Shown here piece after piece: positions 1 to 14,600 of a stretch of DNA of 56,237 nucleotides (position 1 is the stretch's first letter; each line of letters starts with the position of its first letter). The stretch covers positions 1,674,001 to 1,730,237 of the forward strand of contig OZ237737.1 in NCBI GenBank assembly GCA_965178125.1. Reading direction: 5' to 3'. The notes under the pieces were generated by a model. That model was not told where the DNA came from, searched no databases, and worked only from the letters and a program-made list of their open reading frames with translations. The stretch is from Bilabrum cf. latius (Eukaryota). The position numbers and the translations under genes are program-made.

Positions 1-650
1 ATGGACGCGGAAAGTTGGTGCTAGTAGTTTGCAGTGCAGTCCAAGCTCAGGTATGAAGGTAGTTGCAGGCACGTAAGGACAGCAGCCTGCAGCAGCTCAC
101 ATATCTGCATGCGTGCACGGTGCATCTGGGCTTGCTTGCTGGCTAGCTGGTTGGCTGCCTTGCTTGCTCTTGCTGGCCGCACCAATCTAGGGTTGATTGC
201 CTCTCGATCGGTCCGGATGGTATCGGCTCGGCCATGCACCGCGGACAATGGGTTTGCGGGCATGCAGGTGCCAGTGGTCGCTGCGGTGAGCCGCCGCAGC
301 ATCGAGAAGAGCAGCGCGCACTGAGACGTTGCCGGTCGGTGCGTGCCGCCGGTGTCTCTTCGTGTATATCGTGCATGATTGCATTCGGAACCCATCGAAG
401 ATTCGCTCGTACTCATTTTCGAAGGTCAAGCGCGCCACGAAAGGCAGCAAGCCACTCGCACCAGCTGCACCACTCCACCGCGCCTGCTGAGGGGCAGCCC
501 CAGGGGCAACTCTGCTCAACGAACCTTGCGTACCGAACGTTCTCCTTCGGGACAACTGCAACTTGGGGTGGTGCAGGCCAATTAGTCGACGAATCGCCGC
601 ACGTCTCACGGAATCTGGTAGAATTTTGTTGATCAAGTGGATTCTGTAGG

Positions 651-3600
651 ATGGCGTCAGAATCCAAGAGCCAGAATCTGTTTGATTCCGACAGCGAAAA
701 CGAGACCAAGGGGACAGGGCTGCGCATCAACCAGCGCTATGCTCGGCATTTCGACAAGAGCAGGCGAAGGATGGAGCTCGTCCGTGCCAGACACCTGGGT
801 CTAGATGTGGACTCGCAGTCGTCCTCTGGCGAGGATGGCAGCGGCTCGTCCAGCGATTCGTCCCTCGATACGGAGGACGAGGAAATGGCCTACAGCAACC
901 CGCTCACAGACATGAAGATTTTGAGGACCATTCAAGCGATCAGAAACAGAGACTAGCGAATCTACGACCCCAAGGTTGCGTGGTTCGACGGAGAGACCGA
1001 TGCGCTGGGTCCGGGCGCCCTGCCGGCCGAGCGCGAAGGGGACGGCAGCGACGGCGACGAGCCGCTGGCCGCAGCGGGCCGGCGCAAGCGAGTGACGGCC
1101 CGGGATCTCGTGCGTGAGCAAGTGCTGAGCGCGGCTGCCGATGGCCGGGAAGACGCCTTTGCCTCGGACAGCGAGGGCGAGGGCGAGGGCGAAGACGAGG
1201 GCGGCAGCGGCAGCGGCCCCGCCCCCGGCGCTTCCTCTTCTTCCTCCGCGTCCAGCAGCGCCCCCGCCCCTCGCCGCGGCCTGCCCCGGCAGAGCGACAT
1301 GGACGCCCTCGCCTACGACGAGGAGCAGCGGGCCATCCGCGCCGCCTTCTTGCAGTCGGCCGAGGACACGGCTCGGCTGGCGGCGGAGAGCGGGAGCCGC
1401 GCCAGGGAGGGGCCCCCGGAGCGGCGGAGGGAGGACGCGCCCGCGGCCACGGGGCCCAGCCAGGTGCGGTCGGTGGCGGCGGTGCCCCGCGCCGTCCTGG
1501 AGGCGGGTGGGAGGGACGTGGCCGACCTCGTGGGTGGGGGCTCGGCCGGGGCCGGGGCCGGGGCCGAGGACGACGGGGACGGGGCGAGGGACGGGCTGGG
1601 CGGGCTGCTGCGGCCCCGGCGCAAGTCGGCCAAGTCGCACCGGTCCGCCATGGCGCTGAGCGCCCAGCGGTGGCTGGAGTCGTCGCAGGGCAGGGAGGAG
1701 CTGAGGAGGCTGGGGTCGCAGGACCGGCGGCAGCTGGCGGCCTACCTGCAGGAGGGGCCCAGCGACGAGGGGGACGCCTTCTTGAGGGCCTTCCTGCTGG
1801 GCGGGGCCTGGCGCAAAGAGCAGCCGGGTCAGGCGGGAGGCCGTGGGTCAGGCGGTGGGGGCGCGTTCAGGGGCGGTGGGCGCGCGGGCGAGCCGGGGGT
1901 CGGGGGCGATGGTGATGCGGACGAGGACGAGGACAAGGACGAGGACGAGGAAGACGACGGAGGGATGGAGTCGTCCTCTCTGCTTCGCGCCAAGAACAAG
2001 AAGGCAAAGAGCCTGCAGGGGAAGCCCGGTGCCAGCAGGGCCAGCACGAGAGATCTGGTGGAGCGCGCGCGCCGTGGGGACGTCCCGAGCTACGACGAGA
2101 TCGTGGCGGGCGTGCAGGTGAGGGACAGGGACGGCGGCAAGGGCAGCAAGGGCAGCCCTGGCGGCGAGAGCGAGCCGGAGGAATCGAAATAGGAGGAAGA
2201 GGAGGAGTTGGAGGAGGCGGGCGCGGGCAAGGGCAAGGGGGCCGGGTACGGCTCGGAGGAGGAGGCGGACGAGCTGGCCCTGCGCGCGGCCGAGGCCTTC
2301 GAGCGGCGGCACAACTTTCGGTTCGAAGAGGAAGGGGGCGCCCAGGTGGTGGGCCACCCGAGGGACATCGAGGACACACTGCGGCGGAGGGACGAGCGGC
2401 GCAAGAAGGAGAGGGAGGCCAGGAGGGAGCGGAAGAGGGAGGCCAAGCGGCGGGCCGAGGAGGAGCACCGGCGCATCGTCTCCTTGAAGCGACAGGAGAT
2501 GGGCGACAAGTACCGGGAGATCGCCGAGATGGCGGGCGGCTCTCTCACGGTGGAGCAGGTGGCGGCGCTGGCCGACCTCGAGGGCGGGTTCGACCCGGCC
2601 AAGCACGACGCGATCATGGAGCGGCTGTTCGGGGAGGACTACTACGGAGGCGAGGAGGAGGAGGCGGGGGAGGCCGGCTGGGAGGCGGGGCAGGGGACGC
2701 GGCCGTCCTGGGCCGGTGCCGGCATCGACGGGCTGGACGAGTCGGGGCCCCTGGGGAGGGGGAAGGAGGACGACGCGGCCGTGGCGGAGGAGGCGCGGGC
2801 GGCGCTGGCGGGCGAGCGGGGGGAGGTCGAGGGCGAGGGCGAGGGCAAGGGTGAGGGCGAGGGCGAGGGCGAGGGCGAGGGCGAGGGCGAGGGCAGCAGC
2901 GTGGAGAAGAAGGAGGAGGAGAAGAAGAGCAAGAAGGAGAGGCGCGGCGGGAAGCTGGACCCCGCCACCGAGGCAGCCATCGAAGAGCTCGTGGACAGCC
3001 GCCCGGAGGTGCAGGCGCTGGGCTACGACGACTTCGGCCCGGACGGGAGCAAGCGCCGGTTCCGGTACCGGCCCGTGGCAGCGGACGACTACGGTCTGAG
3101 CGCGGCCGACATCCTCTTCTCGGACGACATGGACCTGAACAAGTACGTCTCGCTGAAGCGGCTGGCGCCCTTCCGCGAGAGGCCGTGGGTGGTGCCCGCC
3201 AGCAGGCAGCGCAAGGCGGTGCCCGAGCTGAGGAGGCGGGCCCTGGAGCGGATGGAGGAGGCCAGGCCCAGGTCTCGCAGGCGCGGCGGCAAGAAGAAGA
3301 AGAAGAGCTAGCAGGACTCGGAGGGGGGCCAGGAGGGCGAGCGCGGGGCGGACCACGGGGGTGGGACGCTGGGTCGCAAGCGCCCTCGGGCCGAGGTGGA
3401 AGCGGCTGCCGGGGAGCAGCTCGAGACGGGCCCGGCTGCCAGTGGCCACAGTGGGGACCACGGGGCAGCAGCCGGAGCAGAGTCCCGAGCTTCGGAGGGG
3501 CGGGACTCCAAGCGAGGCCGCGTAGAGTCCGAAGCTGGGCGGAACAGGAAGGACAAGAAAGACAAGAAGGGCAAGAAGGACAAGAAGGGCAAGAAGGGCA

Positions 3601-3776
3601 AGGAGTCCAGCATGCCGCCAGACTCGTCCTCCAGGACGGCGGCGGGGATCAGCGGGAACAGGCTGGCCTCGTACGGACTGTCTTAGCGCGCGCTGAAAAG
3701 GGACGGTCGCGACCCCAGCAAAGACAAGAAGCGGAAGAAAGCTGGGAAGAAGAACAAGCTAGTTCCGGGGAATTGA
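651..3776 (+). CDS. KRI1: KRI1-like 40S ribosome biogenesis protein (~1041 aa, intronless, 4 in-frame TAG)
   Basis: ORF pieces 651-956, 1092-2192, 2208-3311 and 3396-3686 share one frame and are separated only by TAG (954, 2190, 3309, 3684); the frame ends at TGA 3774-3776. KRI1 motifs: LRINQRYARHF, D*RIYDP, AEAFERRHNFRFEE, HPRDIEDTLRR, RFRYRPVAADDYGLSAADIL, LNKYVSLKRLAPFR, RLASYGL. Confidence 0.9.
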
Positions 3777-3880
3777 ACCGTTCCGTAGCGCTCTGTTTTG
3801 ATGCGAAGCCTAGATTTCCAATGAACTTGCACAGTATTTTCTGTGTACTTGCAACTCTGCACGCAACCAAAGTCAAAAGG

Positions 3881-5356
<1,476 letters not shown>

Positions 5357-6129
5357 GAGGCACGGGCACCGGCCGATGGTGGATGGCAGGGGCCGGGTAT
5401 GGGAGGGAGGGGGGAGGGGGTCCCGCGTCACCGGGCAGTGGACGATATGTTGCATCAAGGTTTTCGTGTTGTGAGGCACAAGCAGACTAGCGGTTCAGTG
5501 CATGTTTCTCGGAAGCATTCTGTGCACAGATCTGAGGTGGGACCGCGAGGGCGCAACACGAGCAGCAGTGTCCAGAGTTCTGCAGAGAGATGCTTGGTCT
5601 TGATGCACACGCAGAATGCTACTAGCCGTCGCATAGGTCCCTGCACGCTGCGCACGGGACGTTGCAATGGGGCCAAAAAAGTGCCCCAACTCGAACGCAG
5701 CCAGGCCCGGTGGTGCGCGGCAGCTTGCGCGCCGACGGATGGGTTCCATCTGGCAGGTAGAATTCACACTGGCGCATTTGAGTCCGCCGATATATCACGC
5801 AGAGTGCTACGCGGCACGCTTGGCCGCCATCCGTGTCGGCACAGGCGACCAACCAGGATGCCACCAGCGAGTGCCGCAGCTGGCCTGCAGCACTCGCCCC
5901 GCAAGCTATGCTTCCAGGCGTCCTTGACCTAGGGGAAATCATCTTCTCCGCAAGAAGCGTACATGCTTTATATACGTACCTGTGTTCAATCCAATGCTTT
6001 GAAGGCAAGCAGGAACCGGCAGTAAAAAAGTCCGAGAGCTGCCAGTGATTGTCAGCGGTTGGTCGAACAGGCAGATGGGCCAAATCACCGGACAATACAC
6101 AATACTGAAACGAACAACAAACTACTACT

Positions 6130-6191
6130 GCTGCAGCGGATTGAGCCCCGTTTGTAAGCGAGCGGTCCCCCCGGTTCGATGCGGCAGGCAG
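6130..6191 (+). pseudogene. Degenerate tRNA-Thr-derived sequence (copies at ~8555-8616 and ~10568-10629)
   Basis: CCCGTTTGTAAGCGAGCGGTCCCCCCGGTTCGAT closely matches CTCGTTTAGTAAGCGAGCGGTCCCCGGTTCGAT of the neighbouring minus-strand tRNA. The B-box-like GGTTCGAT is retained; the acceptor stem is not. Confidence 0.7.
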
Positions 6192-6431
6192 TTGCAGTTG
6201 CCGCAGTGCACACGTCGGATCCGATCCGGAATCCGGATCCTAACCGCACACCCGCACCGACCGCTGGCAGGCGAATAGACTGGCGGAAAGTGCCTGCCTT
6301 GGTGATAGATGGGCCCCATTTGACGCGATATCGTGCAACTACAGGCGCAGACTTTCGAAATAGAGGCCTCGGCGCTTGCCCATGAACACGAAAAAAAGAA
6401 GTGCAACTAGGAAAAATAAAATAAAATCAAG

Positions 6432-6504
6432 TGCTGCCACCCGGAATCGAACCGGGGACCGCTCGCTTACTAAACGAGTGATACTTCCGCTGAGCTATGG
6501 CAGC
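6432..6504 (-). tRNA. tRNA-Thr(AGT), D-arm-degenerate copy (possible pseudogene)
   Basis: Cloverleaf with acceptor stem GCTGCCA/TGGCAGC, anticodon arm CTCGT-TTAGTAA-GCGAG and T arm CCCGG-TTCGATT-CCGGG. Three D-region substitutions versus the third copy break the C11-G24 pair. An oligo-T terminator follows. Confidence 0.75.
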
Positions 6505-8856
6505 TCTTAGCGATCTGAGCCCATCATCCAGGTCACAGACGAAGAGTCCCTGATGAGGGAGGCTCGCGCCGGAGTGGCTCGGCTGGGCATCGCCGTAGGT
6601 GAAGTCGGACGCCAAGCCGCCGCCGGGTCTGACACTGTGTCTGGCACTGGGTCTGCCGCACGCCAGAGCGCTGCCTTGGGGAGAGTAGGGTCCTCCGCTG
6701 CTGCAGCTCACCCTCCAGCAGCCCCCCGACCTGCCTCCGGGAGACGACCATTCGCCACCAACTCGTCGACCTCGCCGGGGAGGGCCCAGCTGCACGATTG
6801 CCACGATTACCGCCAGCGGGAACGTGTCGGCGCCCAAGTCGAGGGGCAAGTGCAAGGGGGGCAATGGCAAGGGGGCCAAGATCTCGCTGGTCGAGGCCTG
6901 CGGGATCTTCGCCCCCTACCCCACCCCCCCGGCCGCCGGCCGCGTCGCGAGCCATCATGCAGAAGTCCCTGGCGACCGTGCTGTCCGTGGTGCCGCCCCC
7001 GAGCAGGCAGAGGCTGGACATGAACGCGGAGCAGGAATGGCACGGGGAAGCCGCGGGCAGCAGCGGCGTGGGAGTCGGGGCGTGCGGGGCCAAGCGCGGC
7101 CCCATGGTGCTCGAGCTCCGCGTGCTTCACGGGCCCGGCGAGGCCCGGCGAGACTTGGAATCAGGCCCGACTGATTCCGAGTCGATCGGGTCCTAGATCT
7201 AGTTTGTGCCCCCGAGGCACTTCCCTTGGGGCAAGTGCTCTAGTGGAGGCTGAGAAGGAACACGCAGCGCCACAGATATAAAGATCTGGGCTCTGGAGTT
7301 CTATTGAAAGCCCGCCCCCCCGTGAGCCCATGGAGGGTCTACGACGGGACAGACTGGCTGCGGTGCAGGATACTACCTGCTGATCCGGCCAACTGGTCCC
7401 TGCTTGACGTGTTTTATGTGTGATTGATATCAAACCTGCCGGCAGGGAGCTCTTGTTCCCTGACGACGACCGGGACGTGATGGCGTGGGGCTGCCGAGGC
7501 GGGCAGCCCTTGGGTGAGGCTGGTGCGGGCCAGCTCACCCCATCCCCATCGCCATCTTTCTCAGCAAATACCAACCGGCAGGTTGGACAGAGATTAATTA
7601 TGCATTCGTATTTTTTCAAAACGGGACCCCTATTAGGAGGGCGGGCGGCGGGGAGCGGCGCTCCGTCCCAGCGGGACCCTTCGGCGGACTACCCCTACTG
7701 CATGCGGTGCGCGGTGCTCGTGAACGGCGGCGGCTGGGACGTCGTGCGCGTGGAGCGGCTAGTCAGCCTGGGGAAGCCTGAGAGGCACGGGCACCGGCCG
7801 ATGGTGGATGGCAGGGGCCGGGTATGGGAGGGAGGGGGGAGGGGGTCCCGCGTCACCGGGCAGTGGACGATATGTTGCATCAAGGTTTTCGTGTTGTGAG
7901 GCACAAGCAGACTAGCGGTTCAGTGCATGTTTCTCGGAAGCATTCTGTGCACAGATCTGAGGTGGGACCGCGAGGGCGCAACACGAGCAGCAGTGTCCAG
8001 AGTTCTGCAGAGAGATGCTTGGTCTTGATGCACACGCAGAATGCTACTAGCCGTCGCATAGGTCCCTGCACGCTGCGCACGGGACGTTGCAATGGGGCCA
8101 AAAAAGTGCCCCAACTCGAACGCAGCCAGGCCCGGTGGTGCGCGGCAGCTTGCGCGCCGACGGATGGGTTCCATCTGGCAGGTAGAATTCACACTGGCGC
8201 ATTTGAGTCCGCCGATATATCACGCAGAGTGCTACGCGGCACGCTTGGCCGCCATCCGTGTCGGCACAGGCGACCAACCAGGATGCCACCAGCGAGTGCC
8301 GCAGCTGGCCTGCAGCACTCGCCCCGCAAGCTATGCTTCCAGGCGTCCTTGACCTAGGGGAAATCATCTTCTCCGCAAGAAGCGTACATGCTTTATATAC
8401 GTACCTGTGTTCAATCCAATGCTTTGAAGGCAAGCAGGAACCGGCAGTAAAAAAGTCCGAGAGCTGCCAGTGATTGTCAGCGGTTGGTCGAACAGGCAGA
8501 TGGGCCAAATCACCGGACAATACACAATACTGAAACGAACAACAAACTACTACTGCTGCAGCGGATTGAGCCCCGTTTGTAAGCGAGCGGTCCCCCCGGT
8601 TCGATGCGGCAGGCAGTTGCAGTTGCCGCAGTGCACACGTCGGATCCGATCCGGAATCCGGATCCTAACCGCACACCCGCACCGACCGCTGGCAGGCGAA
8701 TAGACTGGCGGAAAGTGCCTGCCTTGGTGATAGATGGGCCCCATTTGACGCGATATCGTGCAACTACAGGCGCAGACTTTCGAAATAGAGGCCTCGGCGC
8801 TTGCCCATGAACACGAAAAAAAGAAGTGCAACTAGGAAAAATAAAATAAAATCAAG

Positions 8857-8929
8857 TGCTGCCACCCGGAATCGAACCGGGGACCGCTCGCTTACTAAAC
8901 GAGTGATACTTCCGCTGAGCTATGGCAGC
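8857..8929 (-). tRNA. tRNA-Thr(AGT), D-arm-degenerate copy
   Basis: Identical to 6432-6504. Confidence 0.75.
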
Positions 8930-10862
8930 TCTTAGCGATCTGAGCCCATCATCCAGGTCACAGACGAAGAGTCCCTGATGAGGGAGGCTCGCGCCGGAGT
9001 GGCTCGGCTGGGCATCGCCGTAGGTGAAGTCGGACGCCAAGCCGCCGCCGGGTCTGACACTGTGTCTGGCACTGGGTCTGCCGCACGCCAGAGCGCTGCC
9101 TTGGGGAGAGTAGGGTCCTCCGCTGCTGCAGCTCACCCTCCAGCAGCCCCCCGACCTGCCTCCGGGAGACGACCATTCGCCACCAACTCGTCGACCTCGC
9201 CGGGGAGGGCCCAGCTGCACGATTGCCACGATTACCGCCAGCGGGAACGTGTCGGCGCCCAAGTCGAGGGGCAGGGGCAAGGGGGGCAATGGCAAGGGGG
9301 CCAAGATCTCGCTGGTCGAGGCCTGCGGGATCTTCGCCCCCTACCCCACCCCCCCGGCCGCCGGCCGCGTCGCGAGCCATCATGCAGAAGTCCCTGGCGA
9401 CCGTGCTGTCCGTGGTGCCGCCCCCGAGCAGCAGAGGCTGGACATGAACGCGGAGCAGGAAGGGCACGGGGAAGCCGCGGGCAGCAGCGGCGTGGGAGTC
9501 GGGCCGGACGGGGCCAAGCGCGGCCCCATGGTGCTCGAGTTCCGCGTGCGCACCGGCCGCCGGAGCCCGCACGGCGGTGGCGGCGGCATGAGGATGATGA
9601 TGCCTCCCCCCCCCCTCGGGTGGCGCTGTTCCGGCGAGGCTCCCGTTTGGAGGGCGGGCGGCGGGGAGCGGCGCTCCGTCCCAGCGGGACCCTTCGGCGG
9701 ACTACCCCTACTGCATGCGGTGCGCGGTGCTCGTGAACGGCGGCGGCTGGGACGTCGTGCGCGTGGAGCGGCTAGTCAGCCTGGGGAAGCCTGAGAGGCA
9801 CGGGCACCGGCCGATGGTGGATGGCAGGGGCCGGGTATGGGAGGGAGGGGGGAGGGGGTCCCGCGTCACCGGGCAGTGGACGATATGTTGCATCAAGGTT
9901 TTCGTGTTGTGAGGCACAAGCAGACTAGCGGTTCAGTGCATGTTTCTCGGAAGCATTCTGTGCACAGATCTGAGGTGGGACCGCGAGGGCGCAACACGAG
10001 CAGCAGTGTCCAGAGTTCTGCAGAGAGATGCTTGGTCTTGATGCACACGCAGAATGCTACTAGCCGTCGCATAGGTCCCTGCACGCTGCGCACGGGACGT
10101 TGCAATGGGGCCAAAAAAGTGCCCCAACTCGAACGCAGCCAGGCCCGGTGGTGCGCGGCAGCTTGCGCGCCGACGGATGGGTTCCATCTGGCAGGTAGAA
10201 TTCACACTGGCGCATTTGAGTCCGCCGATATATCACGCAGAGTGCTACGCGGCACGCTTGGCCGCCATCCGTGTCGGCACAGGCGACCAACCAGGATGCC
10301 ACCAGCGAGTGCCGCAGCTGGCCTGCAGCACTCGCCCCGCAAGCTATGCTTCCAGGCGTCCTTGACCTAGGGGAAATCATCTTCTCCGCAAGAAGCGTAC
10401 ATGCTTTATATACGTACCTGTGTTCAATCCAATGCTTTGAAGGCAAGCAGGAACCGGCAGTAAAAAAGTCCGAGAGCTGCCAGTGATTGTCAGCGGTTGG
10501 TCGAACAGGCAGATGGGCCAAATCACCGGACAATACACAATACTGAAACGAACAACAAACTACTACTGCTGCAGCGGATTGAGCCCCGTTTGTAAGCGAG
10601 CGGTCCCCCCGGTTCGATGCGGCAGGCAGTTGCAGTTGCCGCAGTGCACACGTCGGATCCGATCCGGATCCTAACCGCACACCCGCACCGACCGCTGGCA
10701 GGCGAATAGACTGGCGGAAAGTGCCTGCCTTGGTGATAGATGGGCCCCATTTGACGCGATATCGTGCAACTACAGGCGCAGACTTTCGAAATAGAGGCCT
10801 CGGCGCTTGCCCATGAACACGAAAAAAAGAAGTGCAACTAGGAAAAATAAAATAAAATCAAG

Positions 10863-10935
10863 TGCTGCCACCCGGAATCGAACCGGGGACCGCTCGCTTA
10901 CTAAACGAGCGCTACTACCGCTGAGCTATGGCAGC
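10863..10935 (-). tRNA. tRNA-Thr(AGT), best-preserved copy
   Basis: 73-nt cloverleaf with D stem GCT/AGC, anticodon AGT, discriminator A and a T-rich Pol III terminator downstream. Confidence 0.9.
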
Positions 10936-11378
10936 TCTTAGCGATCCGAGCCAGTATAAATATGTGTATAATGTGATGTTGTTGTTAAAATACTGTTCCC
11001 ATTGTCGGAGCATTTTCACTCAAAGTCGTTAGGATTGAAATATGGCAGAATTCTTGATGAAAACGATTGCAGTTATATGCATGTAAGCTTTTCGACGGAT
11101 CTATCAACTGATCTATAGAAGTTCTTGTTGGGTTGCCAAAAAATTGATATTTAGAAAATGTTGTGCGACTGGGAAGATTGTATTTCGATTGGGCCCGGTT
11201 TTCTGAATACCCTGCAGCGGTGGTGTGTCCCGCGAGGGCTTGCAACGCGGCATTGCTTCCAACATGGGATGCTGGTATTGACGTCTGTGCTGAGAAGGCC
11301 ATTTGGAGAAATGCAATCAGGATTCGAGATGCTGGCTGCCTCTCGCCCGTGCCTCCCAAGCCACCCAAAGGCTGGAGC

Positions 11379-11528
11379 AGCCGCTCCGCGCGCGCGCACG
11401 ACGTCCCATCCGCCGCCATTCACGAGCGCGGCGCACCACATAGAGGAGGGGCATAGTCCGCCGACGGGTCCCGTGGGGACGGAAGCGCCGCTCCCCCGCC
11501 GCCCGCCCTCCAAACGGGAGCCTCGCCG
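11379..11528 (-). repeat. Diverged inverted copy of the 5195-5335 segment
   Basis: The reverse complement reads CGGCGAGGCTCCCGTTTGGAGGGCGGGCGGCGGGGGAGCGGCGC...GGGACGTCGTGCGCG, matching the duplicated block. Confidence 0.85.
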
Positions 11529-11600
11529 CCGGGCCCCCAGCGGCCGTGCCACCAGAGGGGGCTTGTCTCGATGCAGAAGCACCGACACGCCAGCAACAAG

Positions 11601-14600
11601 TCACTCATCAGAGTCCCGGGCCTCCCACCGGCTCCAGGAAACCGAGCCGCCCACTAGGGTCACCAAAGGCTGCAATCCTACCAACTCTCCACCCACTGCA
11701 CGCCCGAAGCCGGTGCCTCCTCCATCAGATCCGGCGGGCGGCGGCGGCACCCCGTCGCCCCCCTCTGGCACCCACCCGTCCGCGCCTCCCCCCTCTGGCT
11801 GGCCGCCGCGACCGCCAGTGGCGGCGGCGCCCCCCTCCGAGTCGTCCACCGGCGGGCTCAGGACCACGATATCGGCCCGCGCCCCGGGCTCCAGGTGGCC
11901 CCGCTCCCCGTCCTCGCCCAGCAGCCGCGCGGGGCGCAGCGACGCGGCCCGGATCGCCTCCGCGGCGCCGCAGCCCGTAAACGCCACCATGTTTCGCACG
12001 CACTCGTCCATCGTGACGATGGCGCCCGCCAGCGTCTCGGTGCCCGCCAGCACCGCATGTCGCCCCCTGTACCGCACCTTGGGGCGGCCCCCGGCACCGA
12101 AGCAGGCCGGTTCGGTGGTGGAGGGAGGGGGAGAGGGGGACGGGGCGGGGGAGGTGGAGGTGGATGCAGAGCCGAGCCGGGTCTTTGTCTGCGCGGCAGC
12201 CCTGCCCCCGCTCTCTCCGCGGGGGTGCGACTCGCCCCCTTCTTCCCCCTACTCTTCCTCTTCCCCTTGGATGTCCCTTCCCTGGCTCTGCCCCTGCCCC
12301 TGCCCCTGGCCCCGGCTCTGCTCCTGCCTGCGCGCGTCCTCCATGAGCCCACCCGCCGACAGCCGCCGCTGCAGCTCCGCAGGCAGCTCCCCCCCGGCTG
12401 CCACCTCACTGTCCCCGTGCCGCACCTCCACGCCCAGCTCCCCGAACGTGTACCTGCCGGGCGGCAGCCCCGAGGCGGCCATCGCGTCCGTGATGAGCAC
12501 CATGCCGCCGGGGTGCGCCGCCCGCGCGATGGACACGCTGTGCTCGTGGCAGTGCACGCCGTCCACGATGATGGAGTAGAAGGGACGAGGGTCGCTGCAC
12601 TCGGCCAGCGAGCACCCCAACGACCCCTGCCCCTGCGAGCCCGAGGGGGGTTCGGAGCCGTCGCAGGGCAGCCGGGGACGCCCAGGGAAGCCGGCACGGG
12701 CCTGCGCCGCGGAGCGAGCGCCCCTGCCCTCGCCCGCCTCGCCGTCGTCTTCCTCGGCCGGGCCGTCGCCCCCGCTGCCACCGGACGTCGTCTGTGCAGC
12801 AGCGGAGGAGCCCCGCGGCCTCTGCCCGCCCTCGCCGTGGCCGCTGCCGTTGCTGCTGCTGCTGCTGCTGTTCGCCGACCGCCCCGGGCGGGTTTGACCA
12901 TCCCCTTTCTGGCCTCCTCTGGAGCCGTTGTTGTCCCCGTGTCCCCTCACCTGCGGAAGACCGTACCGATCCACATCCACCTCAAGGCGGCCCTCGTCGC
13001 GCGCGCCGACGGCCGCTGGGCTGCACGCCGACCTTCCGTGCCCCTGACTCTGGCCCTGCCCCTGACTCTGGCCATGGCCCTGGAGCACGGGGGACTGGGG
13101 CGGGGAGGGCAGGCGAGAGGGCTGCAGGCCGGCCGCGTAGTGGCCCGCGTAGCTCGACGCCACGCCGCTGCTGAGCCGGGGCCCGAACGAAGTCTGCGCC
13201 TGGGTGTGGGCGAGGGGGTCCCAGGGCGAGGGCGGTGCGGCGGACGACGAAGGGGGGCCCACGGGAGCGGTGGGCGCGCCGGCGACGCCGGCTCGCCGCC
13301 GGGCCGCCGCCGGTCGGGCGGCTTTGCGCTTGCCGAGGATTCCCACGAGCCCGGGATCCCTGTGGTGGAACGGCTGCATGGCGTTGAACAGGTGCGTGAC
13401 GAGCGAGGCCCCGTGCGCCAGGCCCTCCGTAGACTGCTTGGCGGTTGCGGTGGAGTGCCCCATGGACACCACGATGCCTCGGGACTGCAGCGCGCGGGTC
13501 AGGGCGAGGGCCCCGGGCAGTTCGGGCGCCAGGGTCACGATGCGGCAGTCGCGCATCGCATCGGGGCCCCACAGCTCGGCCGCGTCCTGCATGCCTCGCC
13601 GGGGGGCTCGCAGGTGCTCTTCCTTGTGCGCGCCCTTCTTGGCAGGGTGCAGGAAGGGCCCCTCCAGGTGCGTCCCCAGGCAGCTGGCCCCCTCCCTGCC
13701 CCGCGCGTCCCTGCGGCCGAGCAGCGGGAGCACCTTGCGGTACGTCTCGCGGCTCGACGTGATCACCGTGGCCACGAAGGCGGTCACGCCGTGCCCCGCG
13801 AGGCCGCGAGCCACCCTGCGCACCGCGTCCGGCGTGAGACCCGGCTTGGAATAGTCCACCCCAAAGGCGCCGTTGTGCTGCACGTCGATGAAGCCCGGGG
13901 ACAGGACGGCGCCGCCGCAGTCGACCTCGACGTCGCTCTTCAGCTCGCCCTTGCCGGCCGCTTCCCAGAAGCGGCGTTGCTGCGAGGGCCAGAACAGACG
14001 CGCCAGAGAGAGAGAAAGAGATAGATAGATCAAGAGAGATACGGAAAGCAAAACGCGTGGCATCGCGGCGGCGGTTCGTCGTCAACCGCGTGAGACGGTG
14101 TCATCGTTCCAAGGGCGCGGCAGGCACCCCTATCCCCTGCGGATCCCGAGCTAGGGCACGGTGCGACGATTTAGGGCCACGCACGGGCGCGCTGGCAGGT
14201 GCTGCCTCATATTGCACTGGTTTGCGCGAGTCGCTGCGGAAGGTGGTGGTCCAATGCCAGAGGATGCGGCTGTTTGCTGCGTCTCACGGCATCGAGGACA
14301 TACCCCGCTCTGCGAACGTCGTGGTCGATACTATGAAACGGGATTCAGGTGGACCGTCTGCTTTTAGTTTAGGTCTTCTGATGGAGGGACGGTGCCATTA
14401 CTTGGTTGCCTCCCTGGGTTCATCGAACGGACCGAGGTGCGACACCCACCAACGCGGCTCTCTCACTGGATCCACAGGTCGTCCCAGACAAGTTCTTCTT
14501 CATGCGGTCGGAATACCCGGCAATTCGTAAAACGAATCACGGCCCCATGCCGCAAGTCCCGCCCGGCCCCCGTCGATACGCTCCGCCCTTCGGTTCCAGA

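Noticed and set aside
1-636. Possible 5' part of a minus-strand gene divergent from KRI1
   Set aside because: No recognisable domain or convincing exon structure within the window.
5399-6095. Short ORFs in the duplicated block
   Set aside because: No recognisable motifs or coding-like composition; they recur only because of the duplication.
6535-6600. Hammerhead ribozyme at the duplication junction (CTGATGAG)
   Set aside because: No downstream GAAA core or compatible stems found.
10863-10935. The tRNA as the UAG-decoding tRNA (its loop contains TTAG/TAA strings)
   Set aside because: Stem pairing CTCGT/GCGAG fixes the loop as TT-AGT-AA, i.e. Thr(AGT). No CTA-anticodon tRNA was seen in this window.
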